A stretch of 60,677 nucleotides of DNA, counting the filler, from Sphacelaria rigidula (lineage: Eukaryota), in assembly GCA_964200075.2 (NCBI GenBank). It is 10 parts of 10 records of this genome, joined end to end, with 100 filler letters (N's around TTAATTAATTAA, not from the genome) between each part and the next. Parts side by side here need not be neighbours in the genome. Positions count along the whole stretch, not along the records: positions 6,080 to 12,057 come from CAXNAA020023049.1; positions 12,158 to 18,135 come from CAXNAA020023050.1; positions 18,236 to 24,213 come from CAXNAA020023051.1; 7 more parts are not named here. The stretch is one strand, 5' to 3'. Below, piece by piece: positions 9,702-21,270 of this stretch. Every line of letters begins with the position of its first letter. The stretch's first letter is position 1. The notes below the pieces were generated by a model that did no database searches, had not been told where the DNA came from, and worked only from the letters and a program-made list of their open reading frames with translations. Both the position numbers and the translations under genes were made by a program.

Positions 9702-12700
9702 CGAGGTCACACAGGGACTGCGGCAAGAACGTGTGCTGTCTCCGCTGCTATTCAACCTTTTCGTCGCAGCAACGCTCAAGTTCGTCCTCCTGCGATTCAG
9801 CGAGGACAAAAACATCCTCAAGGACATTCTATATCGCAACGAGGAGACGGGGAAAGGGGCGGCGACACCACTGGAACGCGTGCGGAGAGCGGTGTGGGGA
9901 AGGCTATATGCCGACGATGCCGGTGTCGGTTCGAGATCCTCCTACAGCATGCTGAGGATGACGACCATAAGTGTGGACGTGTTTGAGACCTTTGACTGGT
10001 GGTGTCGGAGAAGAAGATGGAGACTCTCTTGATGCGAGCACCGGAGAAACCACCAAAGGAGGAGGAGTCACCGTCGCTACCCACACGACCGCGCCTGCCA
10101 CTGGTCATCGGAGCAGCGGGCCAGAGGTACACATAGATCCCTCAGTTCCGATATTTGGGCAGTCTGGTCAACAAAGATGACGAACTTACACAAGAGATCA
10201 ACCACTGGAGTAGAGCAGCGAGGGCGTTCATCACGACGCTCTCTTGAGAGCTTTTTGACCCATCGAGAGCACCGCGTAGACACAAGGTCTGATTGCTGCG
10301 GAGGAAATGAAAGCTCCATTGTGCGGATGCATGGCGTGGGCTTTGCGCCGCGAGCACTACCGGTTGCTGAGAGGGACACACCACCGGCCCCTCCTGCGAG
10401 GTCTCGCGTACCACCGCGTGCACGGCACCTGCTGATAGACTTTGTACGCCCAGGCCCTCAAGAAGACCGGATGTCAAAGTGCTGAAGCGTTGTCCGGCAA
10501 CGAACAGCGCGAGAGTCCTAACTATACAACGGGACGGACGAATACCGACGCTACCGGCGTACGGAACACTCGCGGTGGAGAGGATCCAGGACAACGATGC
10601 CCTGAGCAACGCTGGTTGAAGTGCCTGAGGGACAATCTCCAAGCGCTCGGAGCCACAGACAGCTCTACGGACGACAACCGAAAAACGTTCGGAGTTGACA
10701 GCGTGCTCTGGACAACAACAGCGAAGAAGGAGGGGGAGGTGCCGTGGCACGCGGGGGTGCTGCGAGGAGCGGAGAAGTCGATGACCGCATGGCACTGGTA
10801 CGACAAGGAGGTCAGCCGACTACGTGCGAGCAAAGGAGCAACAAGAAAGTCAGAGTAATCCTACGAAGGGGGGGGGGGGGTGTTCAATTCCACGAAAGCA
10901 GGGATTCATGGGTGTATCACGACCTAACACACTCGCGGTGCTATTATATTCGGGTTCAACGGTGTCAAGTAGTATGGATGAGTGTCTTACTGGCAACAAG
11001 GCGTTTGAACAGAGTCATTGCTTTCAACAATGATCTTAAGTGAACATTTGGGGGGAAAATGGCCAAATATCCCCCCCCCCCCACTATAATCGGCGCGACC
11101 CGTGCCCGCCCCCGTACGGGGCGGAGCCCCCCGAACCTCACCCATCGGGGGGGGGGGCGTGCTCGGGCGCGTCGGCGCTCCCCGGTTGCTGGATGCGGCT
11201 CACTGTGCGCAAGCAGCACTACTACTCACCCTCCCACAGGTGTGCTTCCGGCGAAGGAACTGGCTCTCGTGGTGACCACCGCAACACAGCGTGGTCGCTG
11301 GTGTCCATGACATCAGGTCCGATGGACCGACCAACGGATCCCGCCTCGTCTGTCTAGCGAAAGCTGTCCGGCTCTTTGATGTTGGCTAGAGGTAGCATCC
11401 CTTCGTGGGGTCGGTGGTCCTTGTCCTGCCCGCACTCTTTCTTCTACGCGATCCAGAGGTGAGGCCCGTCTGGTGACACATCGGGGTCGGGTTCGCGGGG
11501 GTGGTGTGGATGAGCGATTTACTGTAGCACCTGCCCCGCACGAACGTCGGGGGCTGCCGACGATCTCTTCTTTGTTAGACCTTCCATCTGCGAGATCCCT
11601 GAGCGTCGGTTGGGCTAGCATATCCTTTGTTTGCACCACGCTGCGCTGGCTGGCTGCCCCACTGTGTGCGCACGCTCGCGGGGAAAACTGAGCTTGCGGG
11701 GTTTTCGTGTGCACGGAGCGGCGGGCCAGCGGCTCGGAATCGGTATAAGGATCGTTCCGCAGACGATAAAAAATATTGAGGGGGCCGAGGAGGAACAACT
11801 TGTTTTCGTAACTTTAGGGTGCCGTATAAAACAATTAGCCTGGTCCGGCGAGAACCCGGCGTGCTCCGTCCCGGCTTCGTAGGAGCGGACCCGCGATGGG
11901 GTTGGCGTCGGTTGGCGATGACGCTATAAAACACGCCACTCACTGCGTAAGCTAGGCAACCAGGTTGCCGGTTTTGTTTTGGCGCGCTTGCGTTTTTTTG
12001 CGCGGTAACCATGATGGTAGTCGAGCTAGATCATGTTGTGCGGCGTGGGAGAACCTCNNNNNNNNNNNNNNNNNNNNNNNNNNNNNNNNNNNNNNNNNNN
12101 NTTAATTAATTAANNNNNNNNNNNNNNNNNNNNNNNNNNNNNNNNNNNNNNNNNNNNGCCCAACTCGTCTGTGTCGATGAGATATTGCTTTTAGAGCTTA
12201 AATCCGTTTTTAGGCTGGCCCAGCTCGTACTCAAATCGGCACCAAATACTCCGCATTGCTATGCGGAACACCGCACTTCCGGCAAAGCGCAGCCGATGTG
12301 CAGGAAAGCTGTGAGATAGAGACCAAATCAAGGTGGTGCTTGGTGGAGTAGGTAGACAGAAGGCATGGCTCCTACAGCCGGAATCAATCATGACTGCGGG
12401 TTTATTGAGCAACGTATAAACACTGAAATCAGCAGACGTTTCCTTTTAGGATCCCGATCATGGCGAACTCGAGAAGCAAGCGTCAAAACGCAGTGGACTG
12501 GAGTAACCCCGTTCTTGCTGCACGCAACACCCCGAGAACGGTTCGTATGGAAGGATGCCTTGGGTTTTATGGGACACGCGACAAAAAAGGATATTGAAGG
12601 GTGGAATCAAGCACTGAACGAAAAAAGGCCTGTGGCAGGATGTACAGTATCTCACCACGTCCCTTTTCCCGCTGCCGTCTTATTTTACAATCAGTTGGTA

Positions 12701-13526
12701 CTGACACGTCGTCATTGAATCGCCTGTTAGGACAATAAACAGGCTGCCGCCCCACAACAAAAGAATAACGGTCATGTCCGCAGCTCATTCAAGTCGCAGA
12801 AGGCTGTGGTCGGCATCTCGGAGATCGGGCTACTATACTTTTTTTTTGGTTCTCTGCGAACTTTTCAACAGAAACAATGTTGACCACCTTTCGGTAGCAT
12901 ACTGCACCAGCTTCCCAGGAGAAGGTGAAAGGCCACAGTGAGTTTCGATCAGCGATACTATATCGTACTCTCACTCTCCCGTTCGATGAAGTACGTGCTG
13001 TTGTGGTCCATATATTCTGATTGGTTCTGCGAACCTGACGGATGGGCGGGCGGGCGGGCGGGCGGGCGAGCGAGCGCCGCAATGCATATTATAGTTTCCA
13101 TATTTCGAAGTTTGAAACACATACTTTAAGATGGCTCGTCACAAACCCACGTCGATGTCTATCTGCAGGTATATACACCGAAAGCTGAGTGTACTTGCTC
13201 GACAAGAACTGTCGAAGGTACGCTGACGAACTATGAAGAATCATTCTGAGCTCGTAGTTCCGGAAGGCAGCAACCGACACCGACGTAAATAAATACCACC
13301 GACTGCACCACCAACATAGCACATAACACACACAGTACGTACAGCAGGTTCGTCACGTCACCACACGCACGTGGCTGAAAAAGAAGCCATTTGAAGAGCT
13401 TTGACGGTGAATGTCTTCCACGCAGACCATTCGGTGCCCATTAGCGTATAGCAGTCGTATTCACCAACATATACTAGATCTGACCAACGCCATCGCAGCA
13501 AGAGGAGTGTTCGGAATAAATAAAGA

Positions 13527-15134
13527 ATGCAGACGCCGATGCGCCACCGCGAGCGCGAAGTGCTACGTCCTCTGGCCGACGACTTGTTCACCCTAGTGGC
13601 TAACAGCGCATCCAAAAAACAATGGGCAGACTGGCTGCGTGTTGCACTGGAGCACGCCTCTGCTTCCGGTGACCTTGGCCTAGTGACGAAGCTGCTGCAA
13701 GCAGGAGCAAACGTCAAGTCAAGAGCAGCAACAACAGGATGCCGATCTCGGACAGTACTAGACGCAGCCGCCGAGGGTGGAAATGATAGTGTCGTGTCGG
13801 CATTGCTTGGGGCGGGGGCTGACGCGGACTTGAACGTTAGGTCTGGCTCCAAGCGACGATCGGCGCTTCACCGCGCGGCATTCCTTGGACATGACTCCAT
13901 CTCGAGGACTCTGATCTTGGCTGGTGCGGATTTAGGCGTGCTTGATTCGGAGAAGCGCACGCCGCTGTTGCTTGCCGTCAGAGAAGGGCACGTTCAAGTC
14001 GCGTACAGTCTTCTGCTCGCTGGAGCCTGCCCGAACGCGAAGGACAGATGGCAGGACACCGCACTGCACGTTGCCGCCGGGCTAGGGCACGGCCAGATCG
14101 TAGGGGCGTTGCTGCTTACTGGGGCAGATCCGAACGCGACGGACGATTGCGGGCGTAGCGCGCTGCATTTGGCCGCTGAGAATGGCCATCTGGCGGCAGC
14201 GGAGTTTCTACTTGCTGCCGGCGCCGACATCGACCATCGATACGGCGACAGCGAGATATCAGTGCTAGACTCGGCAGCGGCACACGGCAACGTGGATATC
14301 TTGAGAGCGCTGCTACGGAGTCACAGCGACAGCAGCGGCGGCGATGGTGCCTTCGGTCGCGCGACGCATGTTGTTGACGTAAATACCCCAGACTCTTCAG
14401 GCTACACCGCGCTGCACATGGCCGCCGACAACAATCAGGTCGGCGCGATTGACGTCCTCGTCGAGGCGGGGGCGGACATTCAGGCTCAAGACCAGCACGA
14501 TTGGACGCCACTCCACAGCGCCGCTCGCTACGACGGCTGCAGCGAGGCCGTACAAGTCTTGTTGCAGACGCACGGGGCCAACGTGGGGGCGAGCGATACG
14601 GCCGGCGAAACACCGTTGCACGTCGCTTGCTCCTACCTGGCGGCGGGACCGGCGGAACTCTTGTTACGTTTCGGAGCCGATGAAACGGCTGTGAACAGCG
14701 AAGGTCACACGCCGTTAGACGTGGTCGGCATCTATGCCGATGATGATGCCTCCACGATCGAAGACCTTTACCACGCCACCGCCCGTGACGAAAATATCCG
14801 TAGACTCCTAGGTCACGCCCCGCAAGATCGGGCGTGGCGGCGCCGGGGCCCGTTGGTTCTCTGTCGCCATTACTGCATTTCGCATCAGATCGGGTTTGTG
14901 AATTCATCATGCAGTGGTCGCGGCCACCATCACAAGCTGTCGAGGTCGGACGAGAGATGGCAAGTCTTCGGGAATGTCGTCGGCGGTGGGGGAGAGGGGA
15001 GTGGTTGGCGCGACGCAATGGAAAGGGGCGGGACTAGTACTGCTCGTGCTGTAGGAGGGAGTGGCGAGGCGGTGTGGAGGGTGGTGCTGCTCGCGGAGGA
15101 AGGAATTTTCCGAGCGATCGTCGGTTTCCTATGA
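13527..15134 (+). CDS. Ankyrin-repeat protein, 535 aa, single exon; brown-algal expanded ankyrin family (EsV-1-199-like)
   Basis: About 10 ankyrin repeats (TALHVAAGLGH, SALHLAAENGH, TPLHSAA, TPLHVAC); family-typical N-terminus QWADWLRVALEHA and C-terminus APQDRAWRRR...EEGIFRAIVGFL; intact ATG to TGA. Confidence 0.93.
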   Translation: MQTPMRHREREVLRPLADDLFTLVANSASKKQWADWLRVALEHASASGDLGLVTKLLQAGANVKSRAATTGCRSRTVLDAAAEGGNDSVVSALLGAGADADLNVRSGSKRRSALHRAAFLGHDSISRTLILAGADLGVLDSEKRTPLLLAVREGHVQVAYSLLLAGACPNAKDRWQDTALHVAAGLGHGQIVGALLLTGADPNATDDCGRSALHLAAENGHLAAAEFLLAAGADIDHRYGDSEISVLDSAAAHGNVDILRALLRSHSDSSGGDGAFGRATHVVDVNTPDSSGYTALHMAADNNQVGAIDVLVEAGADIQAQDQHDWTPLHSAARYDGCSEAVQVLLQTHGANVGASDTAGETPLHVACSYLAAGPAELLLRFGADETAVNSEGHTPLDVVGIYADDDASTIEDLYHATARDENIRRLLGHAPQDRAWRRRGPLVLCRHYCISHQIGFVNSSCSGRGHHHKLSRSDERWQVFGNVVGGGGEGSGWRDAMERGGTSTARAVGGSGEAVWRVVLLAEEGIFRAIVGFL

Positions 15135-18100
15135 TAATGTTGATCGTCATGACGAGGGTTTTTCACGAAAGGGTGAATATATGCGAGTTCCTTGGGTCTG
15201 TCAAACAGTTTTTTTTTCTTTTTAAGTTTTCAGAATGATTTGAACTCGACCGAAAAGCCGACTGTACGGTACGGTGATGAATAAACGTAGTATGGGAGTG
15301 GAACTGCAGGGGCGAGTGATGCTACGGTAGGGGTGCACAAATGTTTTCTGAGGTTAGAGTTGCTAGAAGGCCTTTATCTCATCCAAAACACGGCTTATGA
15401 AATATATGAGAGTACGGCAGGATTACTATTCCAATGTGCTAGGGATATCCCGAACGAATGTGCACACGGGGATGCCCTGACCCATGTTCTTGTGCATCTA
15501 GAATTGTTAAGAGCCCCTGAACCAGACACCAGTTTGGGCAAAAAGTGCACCCCTACCGTAGCATTTCTCGGGCAGGGGAGAAAACGGCGAAAATGGAAGC
15601 TGCCGCGTTTTGTGTCTGGGTTCTCTAGTTTCTTGGTTGGCCTTGGGTTCAGGTCTAGATATTGCCTGTACCTGAGACAGACTGGCGATTTACTTCTCTT
15701 GTGACGCGGGGGTATGTGTTTCACGTCACCGCTGACGAGAGTTGTGTTACAATCTAATGGACTCTGCAGAAAACTCTGAGTAGCTTAACTCGAGGATAGT
15801 CTTGCACTCAATTGAAACGCACAGGGAGCCGTGCTCGGAATGACATGGTTGCCGGACGAAAAGACAGTATTTTCAACCTGGCCGCGCTGGTCATGTTTCT
15901 CGCCGTGTAATGTCCGACACATACTGTACCATTACATCTGATGCACGTTTGATCAACGATACGATGTTTGATTGACACAAACAACGTGTAATGACCTTAC
16001 CGGTGAAAATAGTCAAGGCCTCTAGACGCACGATGGATCCGTCAGGCGAACTTGTGGGTACCCGTAGCTCGATTGCCCGTCTCGATCGCTCTCACTATTA
16101 CCTTCGATTCTTGATCTTACGGCTACACCAGTAGACACGTTTGTTGTCTACACCTCTTTACTGCACAAAAATGTGGCGCCTAAGTTGAATCGAGAATCAA
16201 ATACAGCCCCAGTCCTCAAGACGTCTACGTTCGACGGGTGTCAGCGCTTCAGGCACCACACACACCGGTCGGTATCACCGCTTGCTCGACACACAGGAGA
16301 ATTCGCAAATAACCCCGTCGTACATTGACGAGTCGTCGTTGATGTGCACGAAAAAATCCGTACTTTCCTCTCCCCAAATTCTGGCTTGCATCTATCTGCT
16401 GCGTGCGCGAATAATGACAAACGGAACTTGGGTGAGTCAGGCCGGTGATTTATTCATGGTTGGTTCAGACCCGCCGCCAGAGTTACAGTAGAGTCCTAAG
16501 CGGAGCGCCACGTCGGGCTTCCCTCCCCTCCAATCGGCCAGCGATTGCTTCTCGGTGCTTTCCGCAAGCAAACTCTATTCGCCTGAAAAAAGGATCGTGT
16601 TTGGTCTTCTTACCCCCTCTTGAAAGAACACCGATGCGGTGAACATCTGACATGCAGTTCAACCCGGGAATATTGTTCACTCGTGCAGGACACCAATGCA
16701 CATCGTACTGTCGACGAAATGTTCCCTAAAAACACACATCATATAATTTCTTCTACATGACCAGGTCCCTTCGTTTGTAGCTGATTATCGTTCGCATTGC
16801 ACACTGCTTCGTGACAAACATCTTCGTCTTTTTTTTACAGACGCCTCGAAAATATGGGAGATGGCAAACGGGCAGCCCTCAAATTTGGGAGACGTCTGGG
16901 TTGATCATGGCCGCGATTCATGCTCCACTGTACTTCAAACCGCTTGCACCCCATTTTTTTGCATCACTTCTCAAATCATTCGATAGCGACCCCTCACTCA
17001 GTGCAATGGAATCAGTGGCATTTATTATTTGTCATTCAGGCATCCTGCGCGATAGCGATACCAACACGTCCTACCCTCACGGCACAATTGCACGCACCGT
17101 CATGAGCAAGGACCGTTTCTTTTCAATCCAGATCCAGATAAAAGCTCGTTTTTTTTTCCTTCTCAAATCATTGCACATCAAGTCAGAACAATAATCGTCA
17201 ACCCGCAACCACTGCTAGCAGCTGATTTTCCAAGGGAAGAATCAATTTCCTCTTCAGGGTGTTGTTCTGTCGCGTTGTTTTCGCTTCACAGAACGAGTGT
17301 CCATTTATTGTACACGCTTATCGTCTTTCTCCACCTCCTACCTACAGAGGAGTAAAGCTGACCTTAAACTTACCCAAGAGTCATCACACAATAGGAGGGG
17401 GATTATTTTGGGTCATTCCTTCCACGAAATTCCGTTTCGAATCGTCGTTGAAAGCAGCGAGTGTGCAAGGTCGTCTGAAACACCTATGGGACCTTTTTTT
17501 TCGTGGAATCAAGTACTCCTCCGCCCCTCGTAGCACCACTCTCAAGTAGCTCTTTACCATCGGCGTCGTGGCATCGGGAGACGCACTACTCTGCACCGAC
17601 GCGCTTGTCAGCACCCCCGGTTTCCATCAGAATGAAGAACGTTCTGGATATACCCTCTCCCTGGTCTGCGGATGACGGTCTACCCTATTTCACGATCGCC
17701 CAAACCACCCGCGGGTTTCTCCGTCCCGCCAGTCTCTGCTGCCGTACCCTCTGCCCCATGATTCCCCCCGTCCAGCAACTCTGATGGTCTTGTGGTATGA
17801 AGAGACAGCAGGGGCATGCAACGATCCGACAGGAGGCGGGGAAGTTGGGGGTGGTGTTTGGGGTGGGTTACGGAGTTGGGTGGAGACTATAGAATAGTCG
17901 CCTCAATCGTTTCCTCTTGAGTTTTTGTCACTGAATGCACCCCCCCCGACCACGACAACTTCACAAGCCGGATACTAAGCCTCACTGCTCACTGCACCTT
18001 CACGACAAGCGTCCCGACTCACGGTGATCACTCCCTGGCTACTCGAGAGCGATCCTACGACAGGGAGGGAGAGGGGGGGAGGTGGGGGGGGTGTACTCAT

Positions 18101-18571
18101 GATCATGCCTGCCATAGTCATAAGACCATTGACCTNNNNNNNNNNNNNNNNNNNNNNNNNNNNNNNNNNNNNNNNNNNNTTAATTAATTAANNNNNNNNN
18201 NNNNNNNNNNNNNNNNNNNNNNNNNNNNNNNNNNNCCCCACCCCCCCCTTGAGGGTTGGTGTTGATTGGCAACGACCCTCAGGGGGAGGGGGGAGATGGG
18301 GGGAGGGGGGGGGGGGCAAAACAGGTGGGGGTGTGCCGGCAACCAACAGTATACTGGAAACAACAGTGCAGCACGCGGGATGGGAGAAGTACCAGTCGGA
18401 TTTTTTTTTAATCAGCCAGCCATAGAGAGAGGGAGATAATTGCATAAAGGGGGGTTCGATCGAGAGCCTCAGGCAAATAATTGCAAATATTAATGTTATG
18501 AGGACAGACATAATTCAGAATCTCCAAATTTGAAGACATCGACGAGGCCTTGATCCAATGCCATACATCTA

Positions 18572-19778
18572 CGAGCTGGGCCAGCCGAGAAGCGAATTTG
18601 TAGTTTGCAGGCCCATTAACCGGCGAATGTTAAGAGTTGGACCCTAAAAATTGATATGGACAACGGATAGAGCATAATGAAAACAAATACCAGTGCACAC
18701 AAGGATTTTTCTTTTTTCATGAGTTGAGGGCATTTTACTGATACCTGAAAACTGATTATTGCCCTCAACTCATGGAAGAAAAGAAAAACCTTGAATGCAC
18801 TGATATTTGTTTTCATTATGCCCTGTGCATTTTTCACACCAAATCTCAGGGTCCAACTCTGAATATTGGCCGTAAAATGGGCCATTTGGTGACGGGGTCA
18901 AAATAAATTCGGAACAGTATTTTGCAGGCCACTCACCAGCCCACGTTTGGTTTGTGTGTTGAAACTTTGTGTGAGCCGTGGCTAGGGTATGATTGTCAAA
19001 ACGAAGTGGGTCAAGTTGATTTTTTTCATTTCTTTCACTGGTTTAGGGCGTTTCAGTATTGAAACGACCATTTTCTTACGAGAACGTCCGAACCTCTCCC
19101 AGAAAAACAAAATTGAGGGCCCATTTTTTTTTTATTCAGCATACCTCTTTTTGTTTTGATCCTGAGTTTCAAATCGCAATTCTAAAAGTTCAGCAAAAAA
19201 ATGAGGTAAGGCCCAAGAGCAGTGTTCATTTCTCCTCAAAACTGCCCTAAAAACGGGAAAAAAAATGAGAAAAACGAAAAAAATGAAAAAGCTGTTTATT
19301 TCAGCTTCATTATGCACCATCGGTTCTCCGTACGAAATTTCATAGCATACCTCTCAAAAACTGAGACGCGATATCCAGATTTAGTTCATTTAGTGCCTCT
19401 GCTCGTAATATACTAATTTTAATATGTAAACTTATGTTCGCCATATCCCGAGATAGATAACGAATTAGGTGAAGGTGAGGGTATATATTGTCTCCCTGTG
19501 CTCCAGGGAATGTCCACACCAAAAATCGTCGTCATCCGCTGAATGCGTCGATCGGAGTTTCATACATATTTTAGTATGGACGCTATCGCCGTGAGGCATA
19601 GGAATTACTAGACATGGGGTTTAATCAACGAAAAAAAATTGGCCCAGACTTTTGAGCAGATGGGCACCTTCCCCTTAATTAGACGATGAATACGATATGC
19701 GGATCATGGCCCAACTCGTTTGTGTCGACGAGATATCGCTTTGAGAGCTTAAATCGGTTTCTAGGCTGGCCCAGCTGG
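18572..19778. mobile_element. Non-autonomous TIR element (CGAGCTGGGCCAGC termini, TA TSD); second copy 20541-21126, ends also at ~12158-12228 and ~24417-24432
   Basis: TA|cgagctgggccagcc ... ggctggcccagctgg|TA with ~30-bp imperfect TIR; terminal ~70 bp also present on scaffold 3. Confidence 0.7.
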
Positions 19779-19857
19779 TATGCACCTTGAAAGCGGGGCA
19801 GGTCTGCCCGATAACCTTGCCGGCGCTTTTTGTCATCATCCACCAATATATCCTCAC

Positions 19858-20012
19858 CCTTGCCCCGGAAGAGAGATAGCCAAGCGGTTTCAAAAGCGTC
19901 CCCAGGCACTCGGGTCGTGCCTTATTGCGTTCTGGTGCTTCTCGAAGAGCGTCTTGCATGTACTCCTCGTACGTATCCACACAACGCTCCATGATCTCAC
20001 GCCGGGTGAACC
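19858..20012 (-). CDS. DusA: tRNA-dihydrouridine synthase (DusA-type), downstream internal exon
   Basis: Acceptor gggcag, donor AGG|GTGAGG; phase-compatible with exon 23504-23856, giving DPGFTRREIMER...LLKPLGYL, which resembles the DusA C-terminal helical domain. Confidence 0.75.
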
Positions 20013-20119
20013 CTGCCCGACGGCGGGAAAATGAAAAGAAAATGAACGAAAAAAAAAAAGTGTCAATTCATAGTGACAATACACAACACACTAGGGGAAC
20101 CGGCATTTTTCTTGTCTCC

Positions 20120-21213
20120 CTCATAGGCCGCGCCTCATGGCAAACAAGAATAAAAATCTGGAGAGGTGCCTTGTTGGAGCTTCTACGTCGTTGTACGCCC
20201 TAAAAGAGGGCTAAGCGGATTTTGTCACCTTGGGATCCCGTGCTGTACCTGTCGAGACGGTTCCAGAATACCTGTGCGTTTTTCCGGTGGCCGCAGTTTT
20301 TTTCTTGCCCAAACTGACATTTTTCTCGGAGACCGCTCATTTTTCTTCGAGACCGGTCAAGTCAAATAAAATATCTGTAAATTTTCTGCACTTGACCGGT
20401 CTCCAAGAAAAATATGCAGTCTCCGAGAAAAACGCAAGTGTGGGCAAGAAAAAAACTGCAGCCACCGGAAAAACGCACAGGTGTGCTGGAACCGACTCGA
20501 CGAGTACAGCCCGGCATTCCAAGGTGTCAAAATCTGCTTACGAGCTGGGCCAGCAGTAAACCCCAGATTTGCATATGACACCATAACTTATCAACTTTAC
20601 CAACTCAGCCGAACTTGAGTGTATCGGTGTGAACTGCACACCAACCTCGTGACGCACGGCACCGCCGCTGAATGAAGAATAAAAAATAAAAAAAATGTGC
20701 TGCATGATGTATGAACTTACCGACGGAACAAAATAAAAGTAGTCCGTTGGGATTTGAACTCGTGACCTTCATAACTGGAGTCTCCTGTATCACTTGGATT
20801 AAATGGGCACAGCGGTGCCACACGAAAAGTTGGATGCTGAGCCAAATTTCTGCATTTTTTGGCCGAAATTGCACCAGCATCTCCTCCACACGAGGATGCA
20901 CAACTACACTAGGGATGCCCCCGTATTTCTTTATTTAAACGGAGTTATAGCATTTTTCTAGTTTTTGCAGAAACTTCAATTCGCTCTAACTTTCTGTTTG
21001 TCTTTTTTTCTTGGCGTCCCCGGGAAGGTTGTGCGTACGAGATGGTGATGAAAATTCTGTGTCAAAATTTCAGCGCCCAACGCTTCGGATTACCCACCGC
21101 CCGGCCCGGATAGTTGGCCCAGCTCGTAGCTCTCTTTTAGGGCGTGAAACGACAAGCTCCAAATAGGCACTTCTCCAGATTTTTGTTCTTGTCTGCCATA
21201 AGGAGCGGCCTTA
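20120..21213. mobile_element. Outer palindromic MITE split at its central TA by two nested elements
   Basis: 20120-20211 is the reverse complement of 21129-21213 (gccctaaaagagggc / gctctcttttagggc etc.). Confidence 0.7.
20214..20538. mobile_element. Foldback MITE with TA TSD (Tc1/mariner-type target)
   Basis: TA|agcggattttgtcaccttgg ... ccaaggtgtcaaaatctgct|TA; almost fully self-complementary; partial relative at ~25110-25270. Confidence 0.8.
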
Positions 21214-21270
21214 TGTTGGACTTTTTTTCGGAAATAGAGTATTCAAATGCCCTTCTAGTTTAAATATGGC

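Larger units (their letters stand above)
7850..10880 (+). mobile_element. Degenerate, 5'-truncated non-LTR retrotransposon (RTE-like LINE) reverse transcriptase
   Basis: Frameshifted RT motifs in order: VPQEWKYAAIKVLCKK..NCNNYGEISL, EEQCGFRP, FVDLLKA*DSVDR, VTQGLRQ..LSPLLFNLF, LYADD; multiple stops; two nested insertions. Confidence 0.92.

Noticed and set aside
14116..15018. 300-aa antisense ORF and other ORFs overlapping the ankyrin gene
   Set aside because: Shadow ORFs of a GC-rich coding strand, Arg-rich with no motifs
16300..17800. piggyBac transposase pseudogene (GGADK and Cys-rich end)
   Set aside because: The motif matches are short, lie in different frames, and no TTAA-bounded TIRs were found; kept only as an unidentified remnant
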